Assembly: GCF_006345805.1 (NCBI RefSeq)
Contig: NC_043002.1
Location: 6,634,001 to 6,698,000, forward strand
Source: Octopus sinensis
Taxonomy: Eukaryota
Direction of reading: 5' to 3'
DNA: 64,000 nt
Shown piece by piece: positions 40,904 through 54,717 of the stretch. The first letter of the stretch is position 1, and every line of letters begins with the position of its first letter. The notes under the pieces are model-generated. The model was not told where the DNA came from and did no database searches. It worked only from the letters and a program-made list of their open reading frames with translations. The position numbers and the translations under genes are program-made.

Positions 40904-41023
40904 CAGCAAGTTACTGCGCCAGAAACATTGCAAGTCAGAGTAATTAAGATCGAGGTAAAAATCTTTCGACTGGAATAGGTTGTGATAATCACTTAAATAT
41001 CGGTTTCTTCGATGCAAAATAAA
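40904..41023 (-). CDS. Candidate 120-bp phase 0-0 exon (FILHRRNRYLSDYHNLFQSKDFYLDLNYSDLQCFWRSNLL), copy 1
   Basis: Acceptor GATGTTTAG, donor GTAAAT, only frame 0 open. Confidence 0.35.
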
Positions 41024-41276
41024 CTAAACATCAACACTGGTCGCACACGGAAAAACATAATTGCTTACACATACGCCTACGTGCGCACATATAAGCAAAC
41101 ACGTACAGAAATAAATACATAAATAAATTCTTACATATACATACATTGAGTTGTATATTAAATATATACAGCGTATGAGATGTGTGTGAGTGTATCTTTT
41201 TATGTATTTATGCGAATTTCTATGTACGTACACATATACATGCATGTATATATATAATTATAAATTTATACATATA

Positions 41277-41311
<35 letters not shown>

Positions 41312-41638
41312 TTACATATAAATATACACACATATATATAATGTATATATACATATATACACACATATATATGCATATATATATATATATATATATATAA
41401 CGCATATATATAATGTGTGTGTGTGTGTGTGTGTGTGCGCGTGTGTACACGCACACTGAGGGATCGCGAGAATCGTGTCGTGGTACATTACGTTTCGTTT
41501 GATGAAGGAAGAATAACATCCCATCTCCATTGTTCTGATTATTGGCATTTAGAAATGATACGTCGATGTTCAATAGGTTGTGAGGATTGTCGATATAAGT
41601 AAATGTTCTTCCCTGCCAACTTAAAGTGCTTCATTTAC

Positions 41639-41758
41639 CAGCAAGTTACTGCGCCAGAAACATTGCAAGTCAGAGTAATTAAGATCGAGGTAAAAATCTT
41701 TCGACTGGAATAGGTTGTGATAATCACTTAAATATCGGTTTCTTCGATGCAAAATAAA
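41639..41758 (-). CDS. Same candidate exon, copy 2
   Basis: Identical sequence 735 bp away. Confidence 0.35.
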
Positions 41759-42177
41759 CTAAACATCAACACTGGTCGCACACGGAAAAACATAATTGCT
41801 TACACATACGCCTACGTGCGCACATATAAGCAAACACGTACAGAAATAAATACATAAATAAATTCTTACATATACATACATTGAGTTGTATATTAAATAT
41901 ATACAGCGTATGAGATGTGTGTGAGTGTATCTTTTTATGTATTTATGCGAATTTCTATGTACGTACACATATACATGCATGTATATATATAATTATAAAT
42001 TTATACATATATGAATATATATATATATATATATATACATAATATATTTAATATATAGATTATATATGTGTGTATATATTCGTATGTATGTACCTATGAA
42101 TGTATGGAATGTATGTATATACACCTATTTTTATATGAATGTATCTGTCTGTCTGTCTCTCTGTCTCTCTCACTTTC

Positions 42178-42208
<31 letters not shown>

Positions 42209-42209
42209 A

Positions 42210-42240
<31 letters not shown>

Positions 42241-42368
42241 ATAATAACGTTCACTTTTTCTATCGTATAGGTTATGAACAGAATATTTGCATAGCATTAT
42301 CTATATTTTATGTGCCTCGAGGTACACTATTTCGATATACATACATGCATAGTTATATACATATATGC

Positions 42369-42439
<71 letters not shown>

Positions 42440-42691
42440 GTATATATGGAGAGAGAGAGATAGATACATATATGTATATATATATACATACATACATACA
42501 TACTTACATACGTACATACATATATACGTACGTTCATGCATACATACATACTCACATACACATGCATACATACTCATGCATGTATTAATTTATTAGAAGC
42601 AAGAGAAATGCTCAGTACATATTGTACAATATAGTAAGTTACTCGAAAGTTAAGAAACGAACACACAACCAACTCAGTTGCAGGGCATTAT

Positions 42692-42790
<99 letters not shown>

Positions 42791-42796
42791 TAGATC

Positions 42797-42838
<42 letters not shown>

Positions 42839-42884
42839 GAAGATAGATAGATAGATAGATAGATAGATCGATAGATAGATAGAT

Positions 42885-44074
42885 ATGTTTCTTTATTAGC
42901 CACACAGGCTGCACACAGATAGAACAAATTACAAGGTAGAGCTTTTCTTTTGAAGGTTTAAAAAAAAAAAAAAAAAGGAAGGGGGAGTTCGATTAAAAGG
43001 GATCGTAAAAGGAGAGAAAGAGGACAAAAAGAAGGGGGGTTAAAAAAAAAAAAAAAGGGTGAGAGGAAAAAAAATTGATCAATAGGGATCGTTATCACAG
43101 AAATGTCAATATGGAAGTGTAAAGGGGAGGACAGGTGAGGTTTACCCGTGGAAAGAAAAGCCTACGGAAAAGACCACGGTAACCTCGGTCAATGAAGTCA
43201 CATTTTATATTCTGTTTTTTTTTTTTTTTTTTTGCAAATAAGCAACTCTCTGTTTTCGATTTCTGGGTTCATAGGACTATGCTCAAGGTGGCTCGTCAAT
43301 TCATACGTGCCATTCTTGCTACATTCACCCATATTTTTTTAAAACATTCGCTAGACAAAACTTGCCTCTCTACTCTCACTTTCCTTTTCAAGTGGTACTT
43401 GAAGAAGTTGATGAGAGATTGACCAGAGAGGAAAGTGTTTGTCTCCAATCCTTTCAGACGCGTCCACCAGATACATTCTTTCGCCATAGCCACAAGGATG
43501 ATGAAAATAGCTCTTCTTTCCCGTTTGAAGGAAGGAGGCGTGACAATATTGAAGATAGACTCAGCTGATAAACCGACTCGTCCCACACGTGACTGCAGTT
43601 GTTCGACATAAGCCCACAGGTCGGAAATTGTTGGACACTGACCGAGTGCGTGCAGAACGGTTTCGTCGCTCTGACCGCATCTCGGGCAGGTCGGCCCCGT
43701 GTTTCTCGAGCCGTGTCTGTAGAGCTTATCCCGAACGGGTAGCGCTTCTCGGTAGCACTGCCAGGCCAGGGATCTCTGGAAGTTGTCCATGGGCCCTGGC
43801 CCGAAAGTCGTCCCGAACAGACGGGTCAGGTACTCCTCGTCGACGTCCAGGTTCGCCCCGAGCTCGTCGTCGTACCTCCCCTCCACTAAACCCCTATAGA
43901 ATGCTTTGGTTGTGTTGAAGTCACTTAAGGTCGACCCAGGACGGCAGAGTTGCTTGAGAGCAACGCGACACTCGCGGTGCCATTCGCCCTTCCTCGGCCT
44001 CTTTTTGATCCACGACTGCAGTTCGGTCATGGAGACGAGCTGCGGGAAAGCGTGCCTCACAAACGGCGACAAAC
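42885..44074 (-). mobile_element. 5'-truncated Tx1/L1-clade LINE (C-terminal CCHC/zf-RVT region plus 3' UTR) inside (GATA)n
   Basis: About 259 open codons with LAWQCYREALPVRDKL...CPRCGQSDETVLHALGQC; 3' end AATAAAGAAACATA; (GATA)n on both flanks. Confidence 0.9.
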
Positions 44075-44151
<77 letters not shown>

Positions 44152-44207
44152 TAGATAGATAGTAGATAGATAGATAGGAGATAGATAGAATAGAAGATAT
44201 AGATAGG

Positions 44208-44278
<71 letters not shown>

Positions 44279-44293
44279 GTAGGTAGATAGATC

Positions 44294-44332
<39 letters not shown>

Positions 44333-44333
44333 C

Positions 44334-44386
<53 letters not shown>

Positions 44387-44483
44387 GTAGATAGATAGAT
44401 ACACATATATAAATGTGACCGCGTGTGTACCGTTGGCGATTTTTCCATCTGTCTTCCCTTCCTTGGATCTTTCCTCTTTCCAT

Positions 44484-44518
44484 GTTTCTAACGTAGAGCT
44501 CCGCTCGAAACGTTAAAT
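44484..44518 (+). ncRNA. Degenerate minimal hammerhead-like motif in PLE pLTR relic (about 44410-44610)
   Basis: GTTT CTAACGT A GAGC-tcc-GCTC GAAAC GTT AAAT (two core mismatches). Confidence 0.45.
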
Positions 44519-44658
44519 CCTCCTTCTTTCTTTCCTTTCCTGAGCGACCAATAACACTATACTTCTTCCACGTCCTCGTGTTGTTGTGTTTTCTTTTTGT
44601 GTTTTCATGTTTGGATTAGCTATTATATATACATACATATATATATATATATACATAC

Positions 44659-44704
<46 letters not shown>

Positions 44705-46254
44705 TATATATATATATATGCATAAAAACTGAATTTCGTGTCCGTTTTACAGTTTCGAATAAATTAATATATTTTACTGTTCGTGTTGAATATTTTTTTC
44801 TCTTACTCCTATGCCTTAACATTCATACATGTGTATATATATGTCATATATCATACCCTCACGTGCGAGTTTGTGCGTGCATATGTGTGTGTGTGTGTGT
44901 ATTCAAATGTATATGTGCTTGCATGTCTCATCGTATAGCTGGAGAGAAAATATGAAAATGAATTATCTAAATTGTCTGAGAATGTTTTAACATAAATTTG
45001 CGCTGCTTTTTCCAACAGATGAATAAACTAAATTGGTATGTAATATCACCGAGCTTAACGGCTCTCTCAAAAGCAATACCTTAGACAAACCTTACGAAAA
45101 TGTTGCCAAATATTGAAATCTTTTGTGATACGGTTATTAATTCCATTAGGTTGTAGTTTCAAGAAATTGTAATATGAATCCTCGATCATAGTTTTTACAG
45201 TTATCGTACTTTCATTTTTCGTAAATCATATTTTACCACACATATTTTGTTGAAGAAGTACCAACTAACTCATTTAAGGATATGTAAGGATATAAAGCTA
45301 TTGATTAAATGCATATCAGTATTTTGCTCCCTTTCCATTCCTCTGTGTTATACACTGCAACCGCATTAGAGGAATTTTGTTCGTTAGCCTGTTGTATTCG
45401 ATAAAATACAATGATATACCATAAATGTCGCATAAATGTATTCCTAACAATAAAAATATAAAAAAAACGGAATTATAATTTTAAAAGAAGCTATTTACCT
45501 ATTTTGCAATTTCGATCAGAGAACATCATGCCATACGTGTTGCTTAATTCAGAGGAAATGTATTTAATGCATGTTTTACTATTCTATAATTAATGTGTTG
45601 TAACTCATTAGTAGATTGATATGTTAAATTAATAAAAATTGCTACACACTTTAGGGAAGCTAGTTCCTCGTTTAAACTCCTCTGGGTAATTAACTGAGCA
45701 GTGGCTTATTCCATTGACGCTTGAAGGAATAAAAAGCAAAGAAAGAGCACGTCGGAATTTAGGCATTGGTGATACTAAATACAGCAAAGATGTTTGTATG
45801 ACAGTCTAAGAATTCTACTAATTCAAGGACTTAAATCGGTTAAGTAATTACTGTTAATTATTTAATCAATCAATCCGTTTGTTGAAAGCTATAGACAGAA
45901 GCTTCGATAGAATCTTGGACTAACAGCTACATCCATAACTTCGCTGATATTGTCTCAGTATATCTAACAATAAATGACTAACACAGGTGTCAAAATGTCA
46001 TTGCAGCCTGCTTCTGTGAGAAGAGAAAGGACAATTTACTTCAAGAGCGATCTATTAAGTCTCAGTAAAGGATTCCTATTCTGTGGGCTTCATAAAAATC
46101 AACAAAACACTTCTCTGTATTCTTCTTTGGATTCCATGATTACGGAGTGTCACTCTTTTTTGCTCCGATAAAATAAATTAAGCGCATATACAAAACATTT
46201 AGAAAAAGAAAAGCAAGGCTACTTAGCAGACGAATTTGTTGCCAGAATTCTTAC

Positions 46255-46318
46255 ATGTTTGCGGAAATGCAAAAATGAATTCTTGAAATTTCTACTTTTT
46301 GTAGAGACGTTAAAGGCC
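46255..46318 (-). CDS. Candidate internal exon (two open frames)
   Basis: 64 bp, acceptor TATTTCATAG, donor GTAAGA. Confidence 0.3.
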
Positions 46319-46352
46319 CTATGAAATATACTATCTATCTATCCATCTATCC

Positions 46353-46473
<121 letters not shown>

Positions 46474-46894
46474 CCCGGTTTTCTGTCTGCGTTATACTTA
46501 CGTCCATAATATACACACATAAGCAGGTACATGTACAGGTATGTAAAAAAATGTATGTGTGTGTGTATGGTTATCTACAAATACACACATATACACACAC
46601 ACACGCACGCACATACACACATGCACAGACATATAAACAGACATACACACACATAAATGCATAGCTATGCGTTCAGAAATATGTATAAAAAAATACCACT
46701 TTCACCTTTAGCATCATCACCTCTCCTTATCATTGTCGTTATTAGACACAAGTTTAAAATTAAAAATAACAGATGACTAAAAAAGGCTACATGAATTGTT
46801 TTATTACTCTTTCCCAAATCTCTTTCTGTATCTCTTTCACTCGGTCTCTGTCATTCTCTCTCTCTCTCTCATTCTCTATCTTTGCTTCTTTCAT

Positions 46895-46925
<31 letters not shown>

Positions 46926-47143
46926 CACCCACTCACGATTCATTTTCGTATTTCGGGCATTTTGTTATTAAGACTAAACACTGAAGAATTATTCAGTCAA
47001 GCTGAATCTTTTTATTACGCATCTTTCAACTCGACTAACTTGAAATAAAAGAAAACAGTTTAAGTAAAGATTAATGTGAATCTAATTATATACGTATATG
47101 TATGTGTGCGTGCGTATGTGTATATACGTATGTACAAACACTG

Positions 47144-47174
<31 letters not shown>

Positions 47175-47179
47175 TACAT

Positions 47180-47236
<57 letters not shown>

Positions 47237-47696
47237 TATACATATATACGTATATACATTTAGATCTACATCTACATACATACACGCACATATACACCCA
47301 CACACATATATAGATGAACCTAAAGTGTTTTGTTGTTTTACTGAATATAATTATATCTTAGCTATCTTGATGCTTGGTTGAATTTGCTCTTTTCAAATTT
47401 ACAGGCCTTTATTTTCCTAGCCTAAATTTCTACTGATCTTTAACCTTTATACTTACTAATTTCCTTGAGATCTTTCTCTGTTTTTACTCTTGTGATAACT
47501 ATTATTCTTTTAACTAGGTTTTGCATTAATTAACTATTTGTCGAATTTCTATAGAAATACCTATATTAATGACCTTCAGTTCCATACTATATATATGTAT
47601 ATTTAAATATTAATGCTTTGTTTTGTTCTCTTAATTAATATAAGTAAAACTAACTGAGATCCAAGACTAACAACAGTTTAGTTAGTATTAAAACAG

Positions 47697-47987
47697 GGAT
47701 CTTTTCGGTTTGAACGGCAGTTTTTTCTAGCGGTGTCATACGAAATTGTCACCCATAATTATGACCCTAGAATCGATCTATTGCATTTCAATCTGTTTTA
47801 GGGTTAGGGTTAGTTAGGTAGAAATTGAAGAAAAACAACAACAAATATCTTACAAACTATAGAATTTTCTCAATAAAGCCCAGAGAAAAATATGTTTTAT
47901 AAACACATTCTATCAGTATACGAAGTTTAAAATTTTTTAGTTACCTAGAAATTATGTTAAAAACTGCCGTTCAAACCGAAAAGATCC
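47697..47987. mobile_element. MITE with perfect 28-bp TIRs and 8-bp TSD (Merlin-like by GG terminus and TSD length; tentative)
   Basis: TIR GGATCTTTTCGGTTTGAACGGCAGTTTT; TSD TAAAACAG at 47689-47696 and 47988-47995. Confidence 0.88.
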
Positions 47988-48498
47988 TAAAACAGTTACA
48001 GGTAGGTACATTAAGGAACTAACTATACTTAGCATTTCAGGAAACAATCAGATCCATGTTAGTGGGCCCAACTTACAATGACAGGCCAAAGCCACAATGA
48101 AGTTTGTAAAGCACAAATGAAAACCTCATTCACTGCAGCAATCCAGCTAGTATTTTAGGAAATGTATTGACCTTCCTTTTGTCTTATGACATACAGAACC
48201 CTCGGACGTTTAAAGATATCTATAAAGAGACATATCACAAATATTTGACTTGCCTATTTTTGTGTGCACCATACTGTACGGGGATCAAGTTTTAGAAATT
48301 GGTTCTAATAATTTTCATATAATTAATTATATAGGTGTGAGCCATACCTTTATCGATTCTAATCATCTAAAACATGAGGCAATTGCTTCAAATACCTGCA
48401 CTTCAAAATGATTACTTGGTAGTTAAAGTGGCATTTGGGTTCTATTCAGTCAGGTCATATAACTTATTTTCAGGTAAGTTATATGTTGATAAATCAAA

Positions 48499-48728
48499 GG
48501 CGGCGAGCTGGCAGAAACGTTAGCACGCCGGGCGAAATGCTGAGCAGTATTTCGTCTGCCGTTACGTTCTGAGTTCAAATTCCGACGAGGTAGACTTTGC
48601 CTTTCATCCTTTCGGGGTCGATTAAATAAGTAACAGTTACGCACTGTGGTCAATGTAATCGACTTAATCCGTTTGTCTGTCCTTATTTGTCCTCACTGTG
48701 TTTAGCCCCTTGTGGGTAGTAAAGAAAT
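48499..48728 (+). mobile_element. SINE family A
   Basis: Full-length match; degenerate TSD of about 18 bp. Confidence 0.9.
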
Positions 48729-49212
48729 AAGTATTTTGATGAATCAACCATAGTCAATTACTGATACAAGAAAGAAAAAAGAGAGCGCAAGAGAGAGAGA
48801 GAGAGAGAGTGAAAGAGAAAGGTAGAGAGTGGGGAGAATATTTATTCAATTGTAAAGTGGTTAAGTTCAGGGTTAGAAAATTGTTTCTGATGTAATTCAG
48901 CCATGAATAATGCCATCGTCAATAGCAGTGGATTATGTAAAATATGAAGTCCCGAAGTCTTGAAGTGGTAAGATACAACCTACTGAATTGCTGCCATTAC
49001 ATAACTTATAAAAGATGTAACATAATGTAGTGTCCAGAATTTAAAAAATTGTTTTTATATTGAATATATTAGTGCGGAGTGAGACGTGGCGAACCAGTCA
49101 CTCGGATTCAGTACTCATTTCAAACAATTTCACTGCATTTCCTCCGTTAAAAATCAAAGGATGATGTATGGAACTGCTTCAAAAACAACATTATTCTAAG
49201 TGACATACTTAC

Positions 49213-49230
49213 CTTGTAGGAGATAGTGCA
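49213..49230 (-). CDS. Candidate 18-bp micro-exon
   Basis: CTTTCTATCCAG|TGCACTATCTCCTACAAG|GTAAGT, near-consensus splice sites. Confidence 0.3.
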
Positions 49231-50025
49231 CTGGATAGAAAGTAAGACTTAATTGTATTTAGATGCTTTGCAATTTCTATGTAATTATTTTATAGCAAAA
49301 CAAGAATCTGCCAGGAAAAATCGAAGATCGCTACAAACATGATAACATTGTCCCCGCTGTGCGTTACCAAATCTACCAAATTCCGTAGGAAGTCCATATG
49401 GAAATGCTTTTATATTATCAACATAGCAGGCTCCCAAATCGGCAACCCAAATATTTCAGCGTATTATACTCAAGGGGGGACTATACACGAGGATAGTCCG
49501 CCCTTGGTATATGGTATACATATTGGTTCATATACATTCACATTCATATGTGTGGTGTGTGTAATGTGTGTGTATATATACATGTGTATCTATATATATA
49601 TATATATATATATAGTATTATAATATATATATATACTTATATTAGCGTGTGTATTGTGTGTATGTGTATATATATATATAAATACAAAAACAGGACAAGA
49701 ACGCAAAAACATACCAGATATACAATACAAACAACACGGACGAGTCATCAGAAGCCTTTAATCTTCAGTCAAGAACCGGATCATCCTCACAATTTCGGCT
49801 GATATACATATATATATATATATATATATGACATACATATAAGAGATAATTTTTCTGAATCTTCAGACTATTCAATATGCTAGGCCACTGGTTTTAAATT
49901 GATATTAATCAAATTGATATTAAATTTTTCACCCTTATCATTTAAATATAAATATATATATATATACATATATATACATATACATAGATATATACATATA
50001 TATATATATATATATACATACACAC

Positions 50026-50072
<47 letters not shown>

Positions 50073-50094
50073 CACACACATATATATATATATA

Positions 50095-50484
50095 TAGGCA
50101 CAGGCGTGGCTGTGTGGTAAGAAGCTTGCTTCCCAAAGATATGATTCGGGGTTCAGTCCCACTGCATGGTACCATAGACGAGTGTCTTCCCCTATAGCCT
50201 CGGACCGACAAAAGAGCCTTGTGATTGGATTTGGCAGACAGAAACTAAAAGACACCCATCTTATAGATGTATATCTGTATATATTTATCTGCGCGTGTGT
50301 GTCTTTGTGGCTGTGTTTTTCTCCCCACCACAGCTTTACGTCCCCCTAACATTAGCGGTTCAGCAAAAAAGACCAATGGAAAAAGTACCAGTCTTTAAAA
50401 AAAATAAGTACTAGGATCGATACATTCGACTAAAAATTCAAGGTGGTGCCACAACGTAGTCCCAGTCTAATGACTGAAACAAGT
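50095..50484 (+). mobile_element. SINE family B, diverged
   Basis: Head, body and tail recognisable. Confidence 0.8.
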
Positions 50485-50509
50485 ACCAGATATATATGTC
50501 ATATATACG

Positions 50510-50815
50510 CATGGTTCGTGAGGTTGTGAGTTCGAATCCCGGACTGGGCTGTGTGTTGTGTACTTGGTCAAGACACTTTTATTTCACGTTGCTCCACTTC
50601 ACTCAGCTGTAGAAATGAGTTGCGATGTCACTGGTGCCAAGCTGTATCGGCCCCTTTGTCTTTCCCTTGGATAACACTGGTGGCGTGGAGAGGGGAGGCC
50701 TGTATGTATGGGCGACTGCTGGTCTTCTATAAACAACCTTGCTCGGACTTGTGCCTGGGAGGGTAACTTTCTAGGTGCAATCCCATTGCCATTCATGACC
50801 GAAGGCGGTCTCAGC
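50510..50815 (+). mobile_element. Another tRNA-derived SINE (family E)
   Basis: B box GAGTTCGAATCCC followed by a TTGG.CAAGACACTTT domain; related degenerate copy at about 56625-56890. Confidence 0.55.
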
Positions 50816-50823
50816 ATATTAAT

Positions 50824-51160
50824 GCGCAGGTGTGGCTCTGGGATGCGAAGTTTGCTTCCCAACCACATGGCTCTGGGTTCAGTCCTACCGCGCGGTAACT
50901 TAGGCAAGTGTCTTCTTCTATAGTCCCGGACCGACTGAAGCATTGTGAGCGGATTTAGTAGAGGGAAACTGAAAGAAACCCATCGTATATATGAGTGTGC
51001 GTGTGGTTTTGTGCTTGCCTCTATTGAGAACCGTTGCTGTTTTGTTTATGTCACCACAAGCTACTGGAAAAAAAGGAAAGACCAATTGAATAAGAAGTAG
51101 CACTAAAATAGAAAAACAACAGGTGGCAGCAGCATAGCTGCAGTCCTAAATCTGAAACAA
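50824..51160 (+). mobile_element. SINE family B, diverged
   Basis: Similarity to family B. Confidence 0.7.
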
Positions 51161-51690
51161 TTTTACGATAAAAGATATAGTTTCCGCTAAGTTCAGCCTG
51201 CTTCATTGACCATTTGTATCTATGTATGGATGTACATAAGTATAAATATAATTATAATAAGGGGAGAGGCGGTGGTGACATATGGATGTACATATAGGAG
51301 ACTTAGTAATATTCTGTTGCGTCTGGGGAGAGTCATTCTCTTTTAGTGCCTTAAAATTTAACACACTCACCGGTAAAATTTCCACTCATTTACTTATTTA
51401 ATTGGTAATGTTTTGTGGATTTTATAGACTTTTCTATCTACCGATATTTTCTCTACACCAGCCCATATCCACCACGAAATATTTCATTGAATATACTTGT
51501 TGTTGTTTGTCGACTTTGGAGGACAACCTCTCCTTTCAGACGATGTGTTCACCCAACACTTGATCATTGAGATAAAGGGACTATGATATACTGTGGTGGT
51601 TTGAGCTGTGTCATTTCAGTCAAAGTTACTCCCGGATCAATGATTCTGAAGAAGAATTGTGGCTCTTGAAATTCTTTATTTGGTGCATAC

Positions 51691-51720
51691 CGATTCTGCC
51701 AACTCAATATAATTCGTCAT
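51691..51720 (-). CDS. Candidate 30-bp exon (MTNYIELAES)
   Basis: Acceptor CTATTCTTTGCGCAG, donor GTATGC. Confidence 0.25.
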
Positions 51721-51852
51721 CTGCGCAAAGAATAGAACAATGAGTGTATACTCAATCTTAAAAACACAACGCACATACATGCATATAGACAGACAGACAG
51801 ACAGAAAGACGGCTGGCTGACTGGCTGGCTGGCTGGATAAATAGATAGATAG

Positions 51853-51911
<59 letters not shown>

Positions 51912-51971
51912 CACATATATGTATATTGTTATACATACATATATTATATAGATACATATACATTTATATTT

Positions 51972-52015
<44 letters not shown>

Positions 52016-52170
52016 TATATATATATATATATATACGTTATATAATTAGGGCTCAGTAAAATAATTTATATAAAACGTAATATTTTAAATATACCTTGAA
52101 TGGTCCTTTTACATACTGAACACTACTTGATGAAATTAATAATAATTAATTAATTTAACCCTTTTATTAT

Positions 52171-52209
<39 letters not shown>

Positions 52210-52272
52210 AGACATTTATATATATATGTATCAAGAGACGTGTACACACTAAACATACATGTTTAAGTATAT

Positions 52273-52700
52273 AGGTGTAGGAGTGGCTTTGTGTAAGTAG
52301 CTTGCTTACGAACGACGTGGTTCCGGGTTCAGTCCCACTGCGTGGCATCTTGGGTAAGTGGCACGTGTCTTCTACTACAACCTCGGGCGGACCATGCCTT
52401 GTGAGTGGATTTTGTAGAGGGAAACTGAAAGAAGCCTGCCGTATATATGTATATATAATATATATATATATATATATGTATATGTATGTATGTGAGTGTC
52501 TGTGTTTGTTCCCTCCCAACATCGCTTGACAACTGATGCTAGTGTGTTTAGGTCCCCGTAACATAGCGGTTCGGCAAAAGAGACCGATAAAATAAGTACT
52601 AGGCTTACAAAGAATAAGTCCTGGGGTTGATTTGGTCGACTAAAAGCGGTGCTCCTGCATGGCCACAGTCAAATGACTGAAACAAGTAAAAGAGGAAAAG
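52273..52700 (+). mobile_element. SINE family B
   Basis: Full structure. Confidence 0.9.
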
Positions 52701-52771
52701 AATATATACTTGTGTATATATATACACATACACATATATATACATATATACATATATATTCATTATATACA

Positions 52772-52867
<96 letters not shown>

Positions 52868-52920
52868 TATACATATATTCATATATATACATATATATAT
52901 ATATATTCATATATATATAT

Positions 52921-52953
<33 letters not shown>

Positions 52954-53660
52954 CATACATATATAGGCACACCAACACGCATGCATATACATAGAGGAAG
53001 ACCTATTTCATGCCTGCAACGTGGCTTTTGTATGTAAAAGAACGCAAATATCGTGGTCAACATATGATACTCGTTTACTCACTTTTGACCTAGAAAGAGG
53101 AGTCTTTAATGACAAATATTATGACTCATACATACCTGCATTCAGAGATAGATACTTACTCACACACACAAACAATATATGTACGTATATTTTATACAAT
53201 TGAAGATCTGTGTGAGGTGATTCATTATCTATTAGACCGTTAACGGAGGAAGATATTAATGTTTAACATAATGACTAAATTTAAATTGTATAATTGTTTC
53301 TATTAAAAACCATGAAACTACACAGAAAAATCTTGAAAAGAACTGGAAGTAAATAATTAGGTTCCACTTCAACTCTTGACTAAATCACGCTGATGTAGGT
53401 TGTTGGTTACTTTCCTTATTAATTTATTCATATTTTTATTGTTGTAATTGTGTTATTTTTGAAATCGAAATGCGAGGATCTGAGTCAGTTGACTTTCGCG
53501 GAAAACTTATTTCTTCAGAAAGTCACCGTCGAGCCTTTTGTTGATTAGAAAAGATTTACTAATTGTAATGACACGGTTTTCTATCTATACAGGCAAAAAA
53601 AAACCACATCCTCACTTCTAACTCTATGTGAGGGTTTGTGTGAGCATATGCATATATGTA

Positions 53661-53699
<39 letters not shown>

Positions 53700-53822
53700 T
53701 TATATATATTATATATGTGTTGTGTGTGGGTGTGTGTGTGTTGTGTGTGCGTGTATGTGTGTACATATATATGTATATATGTATATATATATATATACAT
53801 ATATATATGTATATGCATATAT

Positions 53823-53853
<31 letters not shown>

Positions 53854-53877
53854 GTATGTGTGTATATGTTTGTTTGT

Positions 53878-54262
53878 CTGTGTTTGTCCCCCCCACCACC
53901 ATTGGTTGACAACCGATGGTGGCATGTTTACGTCCGCGTAACATTAGTGGTTCAGCAAAAGAGACTGATAGAATAAGTACTAGGCTTACAAAGAATAAGT
54001 CCTGAACAGCCTGCTCGTGAAATTAACGTGCAAGTGGCTGATCACTCCACAGACACGTGTACCCTTAACGTAGTTCTGGGGGTGATTCAGCGTGACACAG
54101 TGTGTGACAAGGCTGGCCCTTTGAAAAACAGGTACAACAGAAACAGGAAAAAAGAGTGAGCACCCCCTGCTGGAGTCTCGTGGAGCTTCAGGTGTGGGAA
54201 TCGAAAACGTGATCCCACGGCCGCGAATCCACTGCCCTAACCACTGGGCCATTAGGCCTCCT
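53878..54262. mobile_element. Family B 3' half (+, to 54004) abutting a family C variant 2 copy (-, 54005-54262)
   Basis: Junction AAGTCCTG|AACAGCCTGCTCG; both tails are missing. Confidence 0.8.
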
Positions 54263-54297
54263 CATACATACATTTATATAAGATGTCTTGCAAACAA

Positions 54298-54384
<87 letters not shown>

Positions 54385-54386
<2 letters not shown>

Positions 54387-54717
54387 TCCTTATCACATCA
54401 CTGACTCCTTTACCTGCACTTTTAGTAACATCATTTACAGTATCTCCTCCTCTCTCTATCCTTCCCTATACATCTGTCAAACGGGACACCACTTGGCTGA
54501 CCAGTTCGTGGACCACCTCCAAGACATCAGACTCGGCAGTGACATTCTAGTCTCGCGCCATTTCCGCTTTACTAGTCATTCGCTACAAGATTTGTCTGTG
54601 TTCGGATTACCTTTGCAGGGCCATCCGGACTCCCACCTTCGCCGTGAACAGAAATTAATTTTCTCTCTTCACCCCTTTGCACTACATGGGCTCAATTCAC
54701 CTCCTCTCTTCATGTGA
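54385..54717 (+). mobile_element. Penelope-like element GIY-YIG endonuclease relic, followed by probable pLTR to about 55320
   Basis: ITDSFTCTFSNIIYSISSSLYPSLYICQTGHHLADQFVDHLQDIR...VSRHF...REQKLIF.L....HGLNS matches the PLE GIY-YIG pattern with decayed catalytic residues. Confidence 0.85.

Larger units (their letters stand above)
40571..42035. repeat. Direct tandem duplication, period 735 bp
   Basis: CTGAGGGATC at 40721 and 41456; identical ORF pairs 40682/41417 and 41024/41759 in the track. Confidence 0.93.

Noticed and set aside
43296-44483. 395-aa ORF as a full protein
   Set aside because: The N-terminal third is (TCTA)n and flank; only 43296-44074 is LINE-derived
47798-47813. Interstitial telomere
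   Set aside because: Only about 2.7 units and located inside a MITE
49423-49460. Kinase-like NIWVADLGACY on the minus strand
   Set aside because: In-frame TGA immediately upstream with no acceptor in between, and no other kinase motifs
49735-49805. Additional hammerhead (CTGAAGA and GAAA on minus)
   Set aside because: Could not fold consistent stems around the core
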